DNA of 62,946 nt, filler included. It is 17 parts of 17 records of this genome, joined end to end, with 100 filler letters (N's around TTAATTAATTAA, not from the genome) between each part and the next. Parts side by side here need not be neighbours in the genome. Positions count along the whole stretch, not along the records: positions 59,858 to 62,946 come from SRR7504441_125651; 16 more parts are not named here. One strand, 5' to 3'. Of the stretch, positions 59,858 to 62,946 are shown one piece after another. Position 1 is the stretch's first letter. Every line of letters starts with the position of its first letter. Both the position numbers and the translations under genes were made by a program. The notes beneath the pieces were generated by a model. The model was given only the letters and a program-made list of their open reading frames with translations, was not told the DNA's origin and made no database searches.

Positions 59858-62800
59858 GTACAAGACAGGATCTGTGATGTAATAGCTCGAGTTCTGAACC
59901 TGGCCAGCGTGAGTTCTTCAGCCGGGTTCTTCCACCTGGGCGGCGACTCAGTCACAGCAATTCGGGTCTGTTCGATCGCGAGGCAGCGGGGGATCATTTT
60001 CACTGTACGCGACCTGCTGATCTGCCAGACCGCTGCTCAACTCGCTCTTCACGCCAAGGTATCACTGATGAGTAACGACGTGAATCGTGGAGAGGACGCC
60101 TTGGTCGAAGGTGACGTGGCGCTGACACCGATTCAGCAGTGGTTCTTCCAACATCAGTTCTCTGCAGCTGATCACTGGAATCAAGCAATTTCGCTGAGCT
60201 GCGGTGCTTCGGTGGATCCCTCGAGACTAAAGGTGCGGCCCGTGCGCATGTAGGCGCTAACTTTCTGGGTCTGCCGCAGGCTGCACTGGCTCGCCTGCAA
60301 GATCACCATGACATGCTTCGATGCCGCTACAGGAATCAGCCAGATGGAAGCTACCGCCAGCTCATCCAGCCAAGCCACGCTACAGAGCTGCCTTCGCTTA
60401 CTGTCATTGAGCAGACTGCGGATGTTGAGCGGGCGCTCGACGATCTGCAGGGCAGCCTCAGCCTGTCTGACGGCCCTGTGTGGGCTGCAGCACTGGTCAG
60501 TGGGTCGCCTGACCGGGTTGTGCTCGTGTTCCATCACCTGGTTGTCGACGCGGTGTCCTGGAGAATCATTGAAGAGGATCTCGGACACGCCTACGCTGCC
60601 CGGCGGCTACCAGCCAAGAGCAGCTCGTTCCAAGCCTGGGCGACTGGCTTCAACCAGCACCTGCAGGCGCGACTTCCGTGGCATTCAGGCGCTGGCACGA
60701 CAGCGCCTCTGCCGATGCAAGTCCAGACTGTGAACCCTAGGCACCGGACCAGAGCACAGCAAGCATCAATCACCGTCAGGCTGAGCCCCAGAAAGAGCGC
60801 TCAGCTGCTCGCCGATGCCAACACCGCGCTCCGTACGCGGCCTCAGGAGTTGATGCTCGCTGCTCTTGCGCTGGCCTATGAGGAATGGTGTGGCGCGTCC
60901 CAGCTGGCAGTTGTACTCGAGGGGCACGGCCGGGAAGCTTTCGATGATACTATCGACGTGTCTCGTACTGTGGGCTGGTAAGGCCCTAGCCATGCCACTG
61001 TTTGCCTTATGGTTGGTTGTGCTCGGTGCAGGTTCACCGCCATGTGGGCTGTGCAGCTGCAAATCGGAGAGTGCAGTACCAGCAGCGATGCGTCTCTGCT
61101 GGAGGCAATCTGTGCCGTCAAGGAGCAGCTGCGTGCTGTGCCAAAGCATGTGCAGCAGTTCGGTGTGGACCCTGCAACCCTCGAGCCGGCCCAACTGGTG
61201 TTTAATTACCTCGGGAACTTCGGCAACGGCTCGAGCTCAGATAGCCCTTCTCGCGAGGAGGGCTTCCAGCTCGACTGTCAGCCTGTAGGTGAGTGCGTCT
61301 GCGCAGTAAACCATGCAACATCTGCTCTTGCTCTCAATGGGGCGATCAGAAACGGCCAACTGGAGATGGCTTGGAGTTTCAGCTCGCTCGAGTTCTCGAC
61401 CGACTCAATGCAACAATTTGCAGAGACCTGGGTGAGCATGCTCGGCAGAGTGATTACTGCTGGCTGTGCAGCTGATCCCAGGCGGAGCTCGCCTTCTGAC
61501 TTTCCGCTGTGCGGTTTGTCGCAGCAGCAGCTGGACAGTGTAATGACGAAGCTCCCAGAGGACCATACAGTCTCTAGCTTACTGAAGCTGACAGGGCTCC
61601 AGTCAGGGCTGGTAGCTGCGACTCTACTTCAACCAACGCAGTACGTCACGCAGATCCTGCGGACAGTCCATGGCAAGTTTGAAGTTTCACGATTGCGGAG
61701 GGCTTGGGAAATGGTTGCTCAGGTGCATGACGCCCTACGCACCAGGGTGGTCGTAGGTCAGCTGCCACACGCGGTCCAAGCCGTGCTGCAAGGCGCCGGA
61801 CCCTTTGTGGGCTGGCAGCACATAGATGCAAGTCAGCGTGGAGGCCGCATTCAGGAACTTGTGTATGAGATCTCGAGAGCGGAGAGGCAGAGCAGCTTCG
61901 CTTTCGAAGGCGAGCCTCTGATGGGAGTCAGTGTGATCTCCGGCCCGAGTGTAACCTATCTCATTGAGACCAATCACCACTGCATCCTGGACGGCTGGTC
62001 TGGGGCCATCTTGTTGCAAGACGTGCTTGGGTCGTATCGAGGGCAGACTGTCTCGGTTCCAGTGCCCTACCATCGCATCGTGGAGCGGATATTGTCCCAA
62101 GACACACGGGCACAACGCAAGTTTTGGACTGAGACATTAGATGGCTGCTGCTGCACAGAATTAGGCCTGCCCGAGCCTCCTGCTGGCGCAGAGTCCTCAA
62201 AACGCAGCGTACGCATCGAAGGTGTGCAATGTCACCATATTACAGCCGAGCTCGGGGTGAGCCTGGCAGCATTAGTGAATGCTGCCTGGGCCTTGGTGCT
62301 GCACTGCTGGAGCGGGCAAGCGACCGTGCTCTTCGGTATGGTAATGTCTGGACGCAGTGAAGGCTTTGAAAGTACAGTAGGTCTGCTAATCAACACCCTA
62401 CCCCTCGACGTTGAGGTCAATCGCACCAGCCGCGCGGGTGATTTGCTCAGAGCAGTGCAGCGACGCATGACCGATATGATACCTCACGAGACCACATCCC
62501 TCCAGGAGGTACAGCGGTGGACTGAGATCCGGCCTTTGTTTGAGACTTCGGTGGTGTTTGAGAACTTCCCAGACCTACAAGAGAAGGAGCCCGAGCCCTC
62601 ATTTCAGGTGGAATTCGTTGAAGCATTCGAGGAAGCGGATTTCATGGTGGGCTTGGCAGCACACAACAGAGACGCAGGACTGACACTGGAGATCCGCAAC
62701 AACGGTGAAAGGGTTAGCAGAGAAGATGCAGACATGCTGTTAGAGGCCACGAAGCATGCCGCTTCGTGGCTGCTTCTCTCTCACAACTGGGCCGAGCCGG

Positions 62801-62946
62801 TCAGCGCTGTACTGGATAGTATGCCCACGCGGCCGCTGGCTGGCATCTCCAGCATGGGACCTGTAGAGCAGGAGCTGCTATTGGAGCGCTGGAACGCCAC
62901 AGCCAGCCCATGTGCTGCGGGCGGCACCGCACCAGGCGTGTTCGAG
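59858..62946 (+). CDS. Non-ribosomal peptide synthetase fragment: T - epimerization (E) - condensation (DCL-type) - start of A domain
   Basis: T: FFHLGGDS (Ser 59948-50). E motifs: LTPIQQWF, HHDMLR, HHLVVDAVSW (60532), EGHGRE, SRTVGWFT, KEQLRAVP, FNYLG. Linker SPSDFPL. C: HHCILDGWS (61975), SGR, VGLLINTLP. Ends LLERWNAT. Introns 60233-60279 and 60978-61031. Confidence 0.93.

Noticed and set aside
28643-62946. FAAL, Pls-like and NRPS genes as one biosynthetic gene cluster
   Set aside because: They lie on three separate contigs, and contig order in the concatenate carries no information.
1-62946. Naming the source organism or assuming all contigs come from one genome
   Set aside because: No rRNA or diagnostic marker was read. 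GC content visibly differs between contigs, so a mixed bin cannot be excluded without coverage and composition analysis.

Overview
This window is not one contiguous locus. It is 17 short contigs (about 3-4.7 kb each) joined by 16 artificial 100-nt linkers (44 N + TTAATTAATTAA + 44 N), so gene linkage across linkers is meaningless. The DNA comes from a gene-dense unicellular eukaryote, with many very short (about 30-60 nt) GT-AG introns and head-to-head genes only 40-115 bp apart. The lineage cannot be fixed from sequence alone. Recognisable genes include Ndc80, a Piezo channel, a PTGES2-like GST, a TSET/TWD40-2-like coat subunit, a CBP/p300-like protein, an EF-hand protein, an extended SDR, three secreted glycoside-hydrolase-like proteins, a secreted collagen and an LRR-transmembrane receptor. 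The most unusual items are: (1) one uninterrupted ORF (36474-39661) fusing a Nup98-type HF/S autopeptidase domain to a phosphopantetheine carrier domain and poly-epsilon-lysine-synthetase (Pls/PosA)-type membrane/beta-helix domains; (2) a hAT-type DDE transposase with a C-terminal chromodomain; (3) an intron-containing NRPS T-E-C module; (4) a 7xLysM + HMG-box protein; (5) an F-box-like/MYND/Macro/LON-N protein. All calls come from manual motif reading; no searches were run, and exon boundaries are approximate except where stated. No rRNA, tRNA or CRISPR array was recognised.
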